From: Bacteroidota bacterium
Lineage (GTDB): Bacteria; Bacteroidota; Bacteroidia; B-17B0; Aurantibacillaceae
Assembly (NCBI GenBank): GCA_040387555.1
Contig: JAZKDO010000009.1
Location: forward strand, 17,191-81,190
Length of the DNA stretch: 64,000 bases
Direction of reading: 5' to 3'
The notes under the pieces are model-generated. The model ran no database searches. It was not told the origin of the DNA and saw only the letters and a program-made list of their open reading frames with translations. This document shows positions 1-10,035 of the stretch, in pieces. The stretch's first letter is position 1. The number at the start of each line of letters is the position of its first letter. Position numbers and translations under genes: made by a program.

Positions 1-893
1 TCTGAGCCGGCATTTACGGTAATTGGCGCTATAACATATATTTTCACAGAATTTGTGCTGTCAATAGAGCAATTTGCACTTTGCACAACAGCTTTAAATA
101 ATGTTGTTTGAGTTAAATTTGAAGTTGTTAAAGTTGTTGTTGTATTCGGAATTGCTAACCAGCTTGTTCCATTGTTTTCTGATGCAACCCAGTTAAGAAC
201 ATTCCCAACATTTCCCGACAAGTTTAATGTATTTGAATTATTTGCAAAACACACGGTTGTAGTGCCTACCGAATTTATTGTTCCAGCTACTGTAAGCGGA
301 TTAATAATAAAACTAACTTCCGAAGATGTATCTTTTAAACAAAAGGCACTGTTTTGAACAATAATGCGATACGAAATATTTTGGGTGATATTTGAATAGG
401 ATAAAGTAGTTGATGTATTTGAAATATTAGTCCAGGACGCTCCACTGTTAATTGACGATTGCCAGTAGAGCACACTTCCCGTATTTCCCGTTAAATATAA
501 GTTTCCATTTCCTGAACCACCGCAAAATGTACCGCCACCTAAAATAATCCCCCCAACTGATGGTAAATAAATGGTAACACAGGCAGTTGTAGAAGTGTCA
601 GCAGGAAATGCCCCACTTTTAACAATGGCCCTGTAGCATGTTGTTTGTTTTAAATTAAAATAGCTTTGGCTTGAAATGGTATTGCCGTTACTTGTCCAAG
701 TTGCCCCTCCGTTTGTAGAATATTGCCAGGTGACTACATTGCCTACATATCCTGAAATAGAAACGAAACCTGAATTTATAGTATCACAATAGGTTTGTGA
801 ACCGGATGCAATTCCTCCAACCGACTGAGCATTATTTTTAAGTGTGTATAAACACAAAAAAACTAGCAAAGTTATTTTTTGGAAGAAAGACAT
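1..893 (-). CDS. Secreted cell-surface repeat protein, N-terminal ~297 codons only (CDS continues beyond window start)
   Basis: Not in the ORF track because there is no stop codon inside the window. My own reverse translation from ATG (893-891) stays open to base 1. It gives the signal peptide MSFFQKITLLVFLCLYTLKNNAQS, then three ~75-aa repeats, each with G-x-V-x-x-W-x-x-S-x-N-x-G-x-(S/T)-W ... A-(I/V)-V-(K/Q)-S ... C. Confidence 0.6.
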   Translation of the reverse strand, partial: MSFFQKITLLVFLCLYTLKNNAQSVGGIASGSQTYCDTINSGFVSISGYVGNVVTWQYSTNGGATWTSNGNTISSQSYFNLKQTTCYRAIVKSGAFPADTSTTACVTIYLPSVGGIILGGGTFCGGSGNGNLYLTGNTGSVLYWQSSINSGASWTNISNTSTTLSYSNITQNISYRIIVQNSAFCLKDTSSEVSFIINPLTVAGTINSVGTTTVCFANNSNTLNLSGNVGNVLNWVASENNGTSWLAIPNTTTTLTTSNLTQTTLFKAVVQSANCSIDSTNSVKIYVIAPITVNAGS

Positions 894-1127
894 ACTCAAA
901 GATCTATATTTTTATACAGTGATAGTCGTTTTTAGTTACTACTTTAATTATTAAAGCAAGTACAGTTCGTACCAAATATAAATAATAAACACCGGAGTAT
1001 TGTTGTTTAAAGAAAATATTATTAATCAATTAATTATATGATAACGGTAAATTATGAAAATATATTTCTCTAACAAAAAAGGTCCTGAAAATTAAATTCA
1101 GGACCTTTAAAAGTTATATTTAAATTA

Positions 1128-1895
1128 CTATTCTGCTCCTTCAGTAGGAATGATATTAGGATCAACCATAATACGTCCGCAATGTTCACAAACAAGAATT
1201 TTTTTATTCATACGGATATCCAATTGTTTTTGTGGTGGGATTTTATTAAAACAACCTCCACAAGCGTCACGCTCTACAGGAACAACAGCTAATCCATTAC
1301 GGGTGTTAGCACGAACTCTTCTATAAGCATTTACCAGTCTGTCTTCAATACTTGCAGTTGCTTGCTCTGAAGCTTTAATTAGATCCTTTTCTTCTTTCTC
1401 AGTTTCAGCGATGATTTCATCTAACTCAGATTTCTTTAATTTTAAATCTTTTTGACGCTCAGAAAAATCATGTTGAGATTTTTCAACGATTTCTGATTTT
1501 GATTCAATGGCGAATTTATGTTCTTTTAAACGCTTTTCAGCCAATTGAATTTCTAAATTTTGAAACTCAATTTCTTTAGTAATAGCATCGTATTCACGGT
1601 TGTTTCTTACTTTTCCTTGCTGAGCTTCGTATTTTTTAATGTTTGCTTTGTAATCTTTTATGGCTTGTGTTTTTTCAGCAACCTGTTCTTCTAAATCTTT
1701 TAATTCCTGCGATAAATTATTCACACGAGTTTCTAAACCGGTAACGCTATCTTCCAAATCCTGAACCTCTAAAGGCAACTCACCACGCACGGTACGGATA
1801 CGGTCGATCTTTGAATCGATGATTTGTAATTCATATAAAGCACGAAGTTTACCTTCGATAGATGCATCAATTTTTTCTTTGATTTTAGCGCACAT
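1128..1895 (-). CDS. Coiled-coil protein with C-terminal C4 zinc ribbon (COG1579-like)
   Basis: Long heptad-rich Glu/Lys region followed by CGGC...CEHC. It lies immediately downstream of a NIF3 gene, which is the usual pairing. Confidence 0.65.
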   Translation of the reverse strand: MCAKIKEKIDASIEGKLRALYELQIIDSKIDRIRTVRGELPLEVQDLEDSVTGLETRVNNLSQELKDLEEQVAEKTQAIKDYKANIKKYEAQQGKVRNNREYDAITKEIEFQNLEIQLAEKRLKEHKFAIESKSEIVEKSQHDFSERQKDLKLKKSELDEIIAETEKEEKDLIKASEQATASIEDRLVNAYRRVRANTRNGLAVVPVERDACGGCFNKIPPQKQLDIRMNKKILVCEHCGRIMVDPNIIPTEGAE

Positions 1896-1898
1896 AGT

Positions 1899-2993
1899 TT
1901 AAAAATAATTAACTGGGTTAGTGTTTGTTTCCGTTAAATAGCTTGCGAAAGTAGGAAATTTATTTGATATAATCTCATAAAATATTTCAGGTGTAAACTG
2001 CTCTGTTTCGTAATGACCTACATCTGCCACTAAAATCTTATTATCGGCGTCAAAAAACTCATGATATTTGAAGTCGGAGCTAATGTAAATATCTGATTTT
2101 GAATTAATTGCGTTTTTAAGCAAGAAACTTCCACTTCCTCCACATAAAGAAACAGTTTTAATGGGTTTATTCAAAAAATCGGTATGTTTTATAAATTTTA
2201 CCTTAAAAATGCTTTTAAGGCGCTCTAAAAACTCTCTTTCAGGTATTGGGGTCTCAAGATTACCTATCATTCCCGAACCAATATTTTGGTAAGTATTTTC
2301 TAATTGGTAAATATCAAACGCCACCTCCTCATAAGGATGATTTTGTTTTAAAGCTGAAATTATTTGCGACTCATTTATAGTTTCATAGATTACTTCTAAC
2401 CTCGTTTCGTTTTCGATAGATAATTCACCTTTTGTCCCTGAAAATGGGTTTGAAAATTCGTTTGGTCTAAAAGTTCCTTTTCCTTCATTTATAAAACTAC
2501 ACTGACTGTAATTTCCAATGTTACCGGCGCCGGCATTAAATAAATCAGCCCTAACCAATTCCAAGTGAGAAGAAGGAACGAATGTCACTAATTTTTTAAG
2601 AAGAGATTTTTTTGGAGCTAAAATCCTAGTATTGATTAAGCCTAGCTTATCAGCTATTTTTTTATTTACACCCGAATGAACATTATCTAAATTTGTGTGG
2701 CAGGCATATATCGCTATGTTATTTTGAATGGCTTTAATAATAGTTCTCTCAACATAATTACTGCCATTTATTTTTTTAAGTCCGCCAAATATAATAGGAT
2801 GATGAGCAATAATTAAATTGCATTTTTTTTGAATAGCTTCCTCAACAATTGCTTCTGTGCAATCCAAGCAAAGTAAAGCACCACTAATTTCCATTTCTTT
2901 ATTTCCTGTTAATAATCCGCAATTATCATAGGATTCCTGGTAGGAGAGGGGAGCAAATTTTTCTAATTCTGAAATGATATCATGTAAAATCAT
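1899..2993 (-). CDS. Nif3-like dinuclear metal centre protein
   Basis: IIAHHPIIF and CHTNLD motifs. The 364-aa length fits the form with an inserted domain. Confidence 0.75.
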   Translation of the reverse strand: MILHDIISELEKFAPLSYQESYDNCGLLTGNKEMEISGALLCLDCTEAIVEEAIQKKCNLIIAHHPIIFGGLKKINGSNYVERTIIKAIQNNIAIYACHTNLDNVHSGVNKKIADKLGLINTRILAPKKSLLKKLVTFVPSSHLELVRADLFNAGAGNIGNYSQCSFINEGKGTFRPNEFSNPFSGTKGELSIENETRLEVIYETINESQIISALKQNHPYEEVAFDIYQLENTYQNIGSGMIGNLETPIPEREFLERLKSIFKVKFIKHTDFLNKPIKTVSLCGGSGSFLLKNAINSKSDIYISSDFKYHEFFDADNKILVADVGHYETEQFTPEIFYEIISNKFPTFASYLTETNTNPVNYF

Positions 2994-3010
2994 ATGTAAA
3001 TGTATCTTTT

Positions 3011-3571
3011 TTATTGCATCACTTCTTTAAAACGATTGCAACTAACTAAGTGATCATTGACCATTCCGGCAGCCTGCATATAGGCATAACAAATAGTTGA
3101 CCCAACAAAAGTGAATCCTCGTTTTTTTAAAGTTTTACTCATTTCATCCGATTCTGGACTGGTAGCGCGGATATCTGAAGGCAGTTTGACTTTGCTTACG
3201 ATTGTTTTATTGCCGGTAAATTGCCAGATGTACTGATCAAATGAACCAAATTCTTTTTGAACTTCGATAAAGGCTTTGGCATTTTTGATAGTACCTGTAA
3301 TCTTTAATTTATTCCTAATAATTCCTTCATTATGCATCAATTCCAAAACTTTTTCCTCATCAAATTTGGCTACTTTTTTGACGTCAAAATTCGCAAATGC
3401 TTTTTTAAAATGCTTTCGCCTGTGTAAAATGGTTTTCCAGCTTAAACCCGCCTGAAAACAATCAAGCACTAAAAACTCAAAATGTTTTTTGTCGTCATGC
3501 ACTGGCACACCCCATTCATGGTCATGGTAGTCTAGCATTTGTGTGTCATTTAGTGGCCAGGTGCAGTTCAT
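3011..3571 (-). CDS. tag: DNA-3-methyladenine glycosylase I
   Basis: CxW...YHDHEWGVP N-terminal signature, 186 aa. Confidence 0.8.
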   Translation of the reverse strand: MNCTWPLNDTQMLDYHDHEWGVPVHDDKKHFEFLVLDCFQAGLSWKTILHRRKHFKKAFANFDVKKVAKFDEEKVLELMHNEGIIRNKLKITGTIKNAKAFIEVQKEFGSFDQYIWQFTGNKTIVSKVKLPSDIRATSPESDEMSKTLKKRGFTFVGSTICYAYMQAAGMVNDHLVSCNRFKEVMQ

Positions 3572-3632
3572 AAAAATTCTTTAACAGTGTTAAAACAAAC
3601 AATTATCTTTATGCTAAAATTAAAAAAATATT

Positions 3633-4073
3633 ATGGGAATAGAAGAAAAAATAAATGCAGATGTTAAAGCCTCGATGTTAGCTAAGGATGCAAAACGATT
3701 AGAAGCTGTAAGAGCAATTAAGTCAGTGATCTTATTATTAAAAACCTCACCAGAAGGTTTGACAGAAGACAATGCGATGAAAGCTATTCAAAAAGAATAC
3801 AAGAAACGTAAAGAAACCGCAGATATTTACACCCAACAAAACAGGACAGATCTTGCAGCTGACGAGTTGGCCCAGGCACTAATCATGGAAGAATATTTAC
3901 CAAAACAGTTAGGTGAAGATGAGATAAGAGGTATTATTAAAAATGCCATTTCAGAGTCAGGAGCAAGTTCGGCTGCAGATATGGGGAAGGTAATGGGTGC
4001 AGCTAATAAAGTAATTGCTGGAAGAGCTGATGGGAAAGTTGTTTCTCAGTTAGTAAAAGAAATGTTAGGATAA
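3633..4073 (+). CDS. GatB/YqeY domain protein
   Basis: 146 aa. IxxDxKxAMKAKD-like N-terminus and a MGKVMG motif. Confidence 0.7.
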   Translation: MGIEEKINADVKASMLAKDAKRLEAVRAIKSVILLLKTSPEGLTEDNAMKAIQKEYKKRKETADIYTQQNRTDLAADELAQALIMEEYLPKQLGEDEIRGIIKNAISESGASSAADMGKVMGAANKVIAGRADGKVVSQLVKEMLG

Positions 4074-4095
4074 ACTAAGTCCTTAATTGTCAGGG

Positions 4096-4127
4096 AACCC
4101 ATTATCGTTAGGTAGTGGGTTTTTTTA
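4096..4127 (+). terminator. Intrinsic terminator after the YqeY-like gene
   Basis: aacccatta / taggtagtgggtt stem followed by a T7 run. Confidence 0.6.
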
Positions 4128-4345
4128 TCACCGAGATTTATCATCTGTGCTAAAAACTGCTTTAACGGTAGTATGAAAATTAAGGTTTTATTTAAATTTG
4201 CATCACGAAAAACATTAAAATCAGTACTAGTGGGTATTGATGACCTTATAAACCTCGTTAATTTTGCAGAATACTTCTAAAGTATTTTGGGATGTAAATA
4301 ACGATTTGTACTTGATTTAAAAATTGCCAATTGAATAAAATTAAA

Positions 4346-4558
4346 ATGAAATATTTTTTACAGGTAATATTATTTTTTAGCTTAATTACTTCCTCCTGCC
4401 AAAAAGAATATGCTTGTGTTTGCATGCACGAAATAACAGGCGAAAAAATTTATAAAGAAAAAGTGAAAACAACAAACCTTGGTAAAAAAGGTTTTGAAAA
4501 ATCCTGTCAAAGTAAAAACGATACAATCAATAAACTAAGGGACTGTCATATTGAATAG
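4346..4558 (+). CDS. Small Cys-rich lipoprotein, unknown function
   Basis: ATG at 4346 gives MKYFLQVILFFSLITSSC, a lipobox-like sequence. The track start at 4331 is TTG. Five Cys residues in the mature part. Confidence 0.45.
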   Translation: MKYFLQVILFFSLITSSCQKEYACVCMHEITGEKIYKEKVKTTNLGKKGFEKSCQSKNDTINKLRDCHIE

Positions 4559-4576
4559 TTCAGCCATTTAATTAAC

Positions 4577-4614
4577 TAAAAACCCTCATCGGCTAGCGCG
4601 GATGAGGGTTTTTT
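4577..4614. terminator. Bidirectional intrinsic terminator between convergent genes
   Basis: aaaaaccctcatc-N10-gatgagggtttttt: a 10-bp stem flanked by an A-run and a T-run. Confidence 0.8.
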
Positions 4615-4616
4615 AA

Positions 4617-7154
4617 TTAGCTATTATCTTCTTTTTTCTTTTTTGCTTTTGGCTTAACTGTCTTAACTACAATTTCACTTTTCTCAGTGTCGTAATCAAT
4701 TTCGATCTGATCACCTTCAGCCAAATTGCTCTGAATGATTTCTTCAGCCATTGGATCCTCCAAATACTTCTGAATGGCACGTTTTAAAGGCCTTGCACCG
4801 TACTGAGCATCATAACCTTTTTCAACAATAAAATCTTTTGCGGCATCAGTAATTTTGATCGTGTATCCTAAATTGTTAACACGGCCAAATAAACTGTTTA
4901 ATTCAATATCAATGATTTTATGAATATCTTTTTTGTCTAAAGAGTTAAACATGATCACGTCATCAATACGATTTAAAAACTCAGGAGCAAAGGCTTTTTT
5001 CAACGCATTTTCTACAACACCTTTATTACTTTCGGCTTCATGTTCTTGTCTGGTTTGTGTACCAAAACCAACGCCTTGTCCGAAATCTTTTAACTGACGT
5101 GCTCCAATATTTGAAGTCATAATTATGATCGTATTTTTGAAATCAATTTTACGACCTAAACTGTCCGTTAACTGTCCATCATCTAATACTTGTAATAACA
5201 TATTAAATACATCCGGATGTGCTTTTTCAATCTCATCTAATAACACAACAGAGTAGGGACGACGACGTACTTTTTCAGTTAACTGGCCGCCTTCTTCATA
5301 ACCAACGTATCCCGGAGGAGCACCAATTAAACGGGTTACAGCAAATTTCTCCATGTATTCACTCATATCAATACGAATCAATGCTTCATCGTTATCGAAC
5401 AAATGCCTGGCTAAAATTTTTGCCAACTGCGTTTTACCAACACCTGTTGGGCCCAAGAAAATAAAGGAACCAATTGGTTTATTTGGATCTTTTAATCCGG
5501 CACGGTTACGCTGAATGGCTTTAACAACTTTTTTTAATGCTTCATCCTGCCCAATTACTTTACCTTGCAACAGTTCAACCATCTTCACTAATTTCTCCCC
5601 TTCATTCTGAGAAATACGCTGAACAGGAACTCCACTCATCATGGAAACAACTTCGGCAACGTTATCTTCTGTAACTGTCACACGGTTCATTTTAGTTTCT
5701 TCTTCCCATGCTTTTTTAGCTGCATCTAATTGTGCCTGTAACTGCTTTTCAGTATCACGCAATTTAGCTGCTTCTTCATATTTTTGAGAACGAACAACCT
5801 GGTTTTTTAATTCCTTAATGTCTTCCATTTTTTTCTCAAGCTCCAAAACATTTTCAGGAACATTGATATTTGTAATGTGAACTCTTGAACCAGCTTCATC
5901 TAACGCATCAATGGCTTTATCCGGTAAATGCCTGTCAGTTAAATAACGAGCAGTTAAAGTAACACAAGCTTTAATAGCTTCTGGTGTATAACTTACGTTA
6001 TGATGATCTTCGTATTTGGACTTAATGTTATTTAAGATCTGTAAAGATTCATCCTGTGTTGCAGGCTCAATGATTACTTTCTGGAAACGACGCTCTAAAG
6101 CTCCGTCTTTTTCAATATGCTGACGGAATTCATCTAATGTAGTTGCACCAATGCATTGTATTTCTCCACGAGCTAAAGCTGGTTTAAACATGTTGCTCGC
6201 ATCCATGCTTCCGCTTGCACCACCTGCACCAATAATCGTATGAATTTCATCAATGAATAAAATCACATCCGGATTTTTTTCCAACTCATTCATTACTGCT
6301 TTCATACGCTCTTCAAATTGACCACGGTATTTTGTACCAGCCACTAAAGAGGCAAGATCTAAAGTAACAACGCGTTTTCCAAATAATACACGGGATACTT
6401 TTCGCTGAATAATTCTTAAAGCCAGTCCTTCAGCAATTGCTGATTTACCCACACCGGGTTCTCCAATTAAAATTGGATTATTCTTTTTACGACGTGATAA
6501 GATCTGAGAAACACGCTCAATTTCTTTTTCACGACCAACTACGGGATCTAATTTTCCATCTTCTGCCATTTTAGTTAAATCTCTTCCGAAATTGTCTAAC
6601 ACAGGCGTTTTAGATTTTGATTCTCCAGGTTTTTTTGCAGCACCGGTTCCTGCACTTCCAAATGATTCTTCATTTTCATCATCATCACCGGTAGCAGCAT
6701 TTTCAATTTTGTGTGGGTTTTCCATATATCCTTCTAATTCTAATTTTACAGCATTATAATCTACGCCAAATTTCCCCAACGTTTTGGTCACAACATTATC
6801 ATTGTCCTTTAATATGCACATTAATAAATGTTCAGTTCCAATTTGAGGAGCTTTAAAAACTTTTGCTTCTAAATAGGTTAATTTTAACGTCTTTTCCGCC
6901 TGTTTTACTAAGGGAATATTTGCCAGATTATTTACCTTTTTCATAGAAACGGGCAAACTCTGTTCTATCTGTTTCCTAAGATCCTGGATATTGATAGCTA
7001 GGTTCTTTAATAATTTAATACCAACGCCTTCTCCATCGCGGATCATACCAAGCATTAAATGTTCAATTCCAATATAATCATGCCCTAATCTTAGTGCTTC
7101 TTCTCGGCTAAACGTTATCACGTCCTTTACGCGCTGTGAAAATTTTGCTTCCAT
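4617..7154 (-). CDS. clpC: Clp/Hsp100 AAA+ chaperone, ClpC-type (two AAA modules, Clp_N repeats, UVR-like linker)
   Basis: Walker A GEPGVGKS and GPTGVGKT, N-terminal Clp_N repeats, 845 aa. Confidence 0.8.
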   Translation of the reverse strand: MEAKFSQRVKDVITFSREEALRLGHDYIGIEHLMLGMIRDGEGVGIKLLKNLAINIQDLRKQIEQSLPVSMKKVNNLANIPLVKQAEKTLKLTYLEAKVFKAPQIGTEHLLMCILKDNDNVVTKTLGKFGVDYNAVKLELEGYMENPHKIENAATGDDDENEESFGSAGTGAAKKPGESKSKTPVLDNFGRDLTKMAEDGKLDPVVGREKEIERVSQILSRRKKNNPILIGEPGVGKSAIAEGLALRIIQRKVSRVLFGKRVVTLDLASLVAGTKYRGQFEERMKAVMNELEKNPDVILFIDEIHTIIGAGGASGSMDASNMFKPALARGEIQCIGATTLDEFRQHIEKDGALERRFQKVIIEPATQDESLQILNNIKSKYEDHHNVSYTPEAIKACVTLTARYLTDRHLPDKAIDALDEAGSRVHITNINVPENVLELEKKMEDIKELKNQVVRSQKYEEAAKLRDTEKQLQAQLDAAKKAWEEETKMNRVTVTEDNVAEVVSMMSGVPVQRISQNEGEKLVKMVELLQGKVIGQDEALKKVVKAIQRNRAGLKDPNKPIGSFIFLGPTGVGKTQLAKILARHLFDNDEALIRIDMSEYMEKFAVTRLIGAPPGYVGYEEGGQLTEKVRRRPYSVVLLDEIEKAHPDVFNMLLQVLDDGQLTDSLGRKIDFKNTIIIMTSNIGARQLKDFGQGVGFGTQTRQEHEAESNKGVVENALKKAFAPEFLNRIDDVIMFNSLDKKDIHKIIDIELNSLFGRVNNLGYTIKITDAAKDFIVEKGYDAQYGARPLKRAIQKYLEDPMAEEIIQSNLAEGDQIEIDYDTEKSEIVVKTVKPKAKKKKEDNS

Positions 7155-7426
7155 ATATTTTTTATAGTTCTATAAGTTCTAAACACAATTAATGCCATAA
7201 TCAAAAGTAACCGATAATGGCAGTTTTGGTTATTTTTGACCGCCTTTTTTTTAACATTAAAGCTGTTAATAACTCTACATCTAAATTACTATTAAAATAG
7301 GTATTTTCAAAGCCTATTAGCATTTTTTAGAAAGATAATTCTGTGAAATTTGTATTACATATTTAACTGACATTATTTCTGATTTTAGTGTAAAAAATAT
7401 AAAGAACTAAATAAATAAAAAAGAAT

Positions 7427-9982
7427 ATGAGCGGAGAGAAAATTATCCCAATTAACATTGAAGAGGAAATGAAAACTGCTTACATCGATTATTCGATGTC
7501 GGTTATTGTATCACGTGCGTTGCCTGATGTAAGAGATGGTTTAAAGCCGGTTCACCGAAGGGTGTTATACGGAATGTTAGATTTAGGTGTTTTACACAAT
7601 CGTCCGTATAAAAAATCAGCGCGTATTGTTGGGGAAGTGTTAGGAAAATACCATCCACATGGCGATACATCGGTATATGATACTATGGTTCGTATGGCTC
7701 AGGAATGGAGCTTACGTTATATGTTGGTTGATGGACAAGGAAATTATGGGTCAGTTGATGGTGATCCGCCAGCAGCAATGCGTTATACGGAGGCTCGTTT
7801 TCGCAAAATTACTGAAGAAATAATTGCAGATATTGAAAAAGATACGGTTGATTTTCGTCCCAATTTTGACGACTCTTTAACAGAGCCTACTGTAATGCCA
7901 ACACGTATACCAACGTTATTAATGAATGGTGCTTCAGGTATTGCAGTTGGTATGGCTACAAACATGGCACCACACAATTTAACGGAAGTTATTAGTGGTA
8001 TTTTAGCGTATATCGATGACAAGGACATTGACATTGATGGCTTGATGAAACATATTAAAGCGCCAGATTTTCCAACAGGTGGAACTATTTATGGTTATGA
8101 AGGAGTAAAAGATGCTTTCAGAACAGGCCGTGGGCGTGTTATGATGCGTGCCAAAGCGAGCATTGAACCGGTAAACAATCGAGAACGTATTATTGTAACT
8201 GAAATTCCTTATCAAATTAATAAGGCGGAAATGATCAAACGCCAATGGGAATTATGTAACGAAAAGAAAATTGAAGGAATAACTGAAATTCGTGATGAGA
8301 GTAACCGTGAAGGAATGCGTATTGTTTATGAATTAAGAACAGATGCTATTTCAAATGTTGTATTAAATAATTTATATAAATATTCTGCACTACAAACTTC
8401 ATTCTCAATCAATAACGTTGTATTGGTAAAAGGCCGTCCTGAAATGTTGAATCTAAAAGATATGATTCATTATTTTGTGGAACACCGTCATGATGTTGTT
8501 GTTCGTCGTACAAAGTTTGATTTAATGCAAGCCGAGAAACGCGCTCATATTTTAGAGGGTTTATTAATTGCTCAAAAAAATATTGAAGAAGTTATTAAAA
8601 TCATCCGTGAGAGTGCTAGTCCGGATGCAGCTAAAGATGAATTGATTACTCGTTTTAGTTTATCTGAGATTCAAGCTCGAGCAATTTTAGATATGCGTTT
8701 AAGAACATTGACCGGACTAGAGGTTGATAAATTAAATGCAGAATATGATGAGTTGATGAAGAGCATTGCTTACTTCAAAGAAATTTTAGGCGACGAGAAA
8801 TTACGTTATAAAATTATTCGTGAAGAGTTAGTGGAGATTGGTGAAAAGTATGGTGATGAACGTCGTACTGATATTGTTTATGCCGGTGATGATTTAAAAA
8901 TCGAAGATATGATTGCTGATGAAGACGTGGTTATTACCATTTCTCATTTAGGTTATATGAAGCGTACAAACCTTGCTGAATACCGTTCTCAAAACCGTGG
9001 AGGAAGAGGAAGTAAAGGAACAGCAACGCGTGATGAGGATTTTGTAGAACACATGTTTATTGCTTCCACTCACAATTACATTTTATTGTTTAGTGAAAAA
9101 GGCCAGTGCTATTGGATTCGTGCATATGAAGTTCCTGAAGGTGCTAAAAATAGTAAAGGACGTGCAATTCAGAATTTAATTAGTATTGCTCCTGATGATA
9201 AAATCAAAGCATTCATTAATATCAAAAATTTACAGGACGAAGAATATATTCAGAATAACTACATTATATTATGTACTAAAGATGGTATCATCAAAAAGAC
9301 ATCTGTAGAAGCTTATTCCCGTCCGCGTGCCAATGGTATTAATGCGATAACTATTCGAGAAGGAGATGTTTTGTTGGAAGCTGCTTTAACTAATGGTAAT
9401 AATGAAATTATGATTGCCACTAAATTAGGAAAAGTATGTCGTTTCCCTGAAGCAAAAGTTCGTCCGATGGGCCGTAATGCTTCTGGCGTAATTGGTATTG
9501 ATTTGAATGATGAAGAAGGTGGTAACAATGAAGTGATTGGAATGATTTGCATTGATGATATGCAGGCTAACGTTTTGGTAGTATCTGAAAAAGGTTACGG
9601 AAAACGTTCTGATATTGAAGAATACCGTATTACTAACCGTGGTGGTAAAGGTGTGAAAACAATTAATATTACTGAAAAGACTGGTAATTTAGTTGGAATT
9701 AAATCAGTAACCGATGCCAATGATTTAATGATCATTACCAAGAATGGAATTGCTATTCGTATGAATGTCTCAGATCTTCGTGTGATGGGACGTGCCACGC
9801 AAGGTGTCCGTTTAATTAATATTCAGGAAAGTGATAGCATTGCAGCTGTAACGAAAGTGGATCATGAAGATGAAATTGACGCAACTGTTGATGGAGTGGT
9901 TCCGGAAACTCCCGCAGGTGATGTAGCGCCTGGAGAAATTCCTCCACATGAAAATACTACACCAACGGACGATATCAGTTAA
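7427..9982 (+). CDS. gyrA: DNA gyrase subunit A
   Basis: DGLKPVHRR and AAMRYTEA (active-site Tyr), C-terminal beta-pinwheel repeats, 851 aa. Confidence 0.95.
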   Translation: MSGEKIIPINIEEEMKTAYIDYSMSVIVSRALPDVRDGLKPVHRRVLYGMLDLGVLHNRPYKKSARIVGEVLGKYHPHGDTSVYDTMVRMAQEWSLRYMLVDGQGNYGSVDGDPPAAMRYTEARFRKITEEIIADIEKDTVDFRPNFDDSLTEPTVMPTRIPTLLMNGASGIAVGMATNMAPHNLTEVISGILAYIDDKDIDIDGLMKHIKAPDFPTGGTIYGYEGVKDAFRTGRGRVMMRAKASIEPVNNRERIIVTEIPYQINKAEMIKRQWELCNEKKIEGITEIRDESNREGMRIVYELRTDAISNVVLNNLYKYSALQTSFSINNVVLVKGRPEMLNLKDMIHYFVEHRHDVVVRRTKFDLMQAEKRAHILEGLLIAQKNIEEVIKIIRESASPDAAKDELITRFSLSEIQARAILDMRLRTLTGLEVDKLNAEYDELMKSIAYFKEILGDEKLRYKIIREELVEIGEKYGDERRTDIVYAGDDLKIEDMIADEDVVITISHLGYMKRTNLAEYRSQNRGGRGSKGTATRDEDFVEHMFIASTHNYILLFSEKGQCYWIRAYEVPEGAKNSKGRAIQNLISIAPDDKIKAFINIKNLQDEEYIQNNYIILCTKDGIIKKTSVEAYSRPRANGINAITIREGDVLLEAALTNGNNEIMIATKLGKVCRFPEAKVRPMGRNASGVIGIDLNDEEGGNNEVIGMICIDDMQANVLVVSEKGYGKRSDIEEYRITNRGGKGVKTINITEKTGNLVGIKSVTDANDLMIITKNGIAIRMNVSDLRVMGRATQGVRLINIQESDSIAAVTKVDHEDEIDATVDGVVPETPAGDVAPGEIPPHENTTPTDDIS

Positions 9983-10035
9983 TAACGGATAAATTATATA
10001 ACACTTAAAATTTATATTTGAACAAATAATAAAGT

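Noticed and set aside
5219-5464. Antisense or overlapping ORFs inside long genes. Examples: 5219-5464 in clpC; 7783-8245 and 9313-10051 in gyrA; 10805-11029; 14936-15441; 26306-26660; 31294-32159; 34042-34356; 37429-37743; 38345-38684; 44052-45040; 58264-58668; 61961-62194
   Set aside because: All lie wholly within, and opposite to or out of frame with, ORFs that have strong family signatures. Their translations are low-complexity with no motifs. These are typical shadow ORFs.
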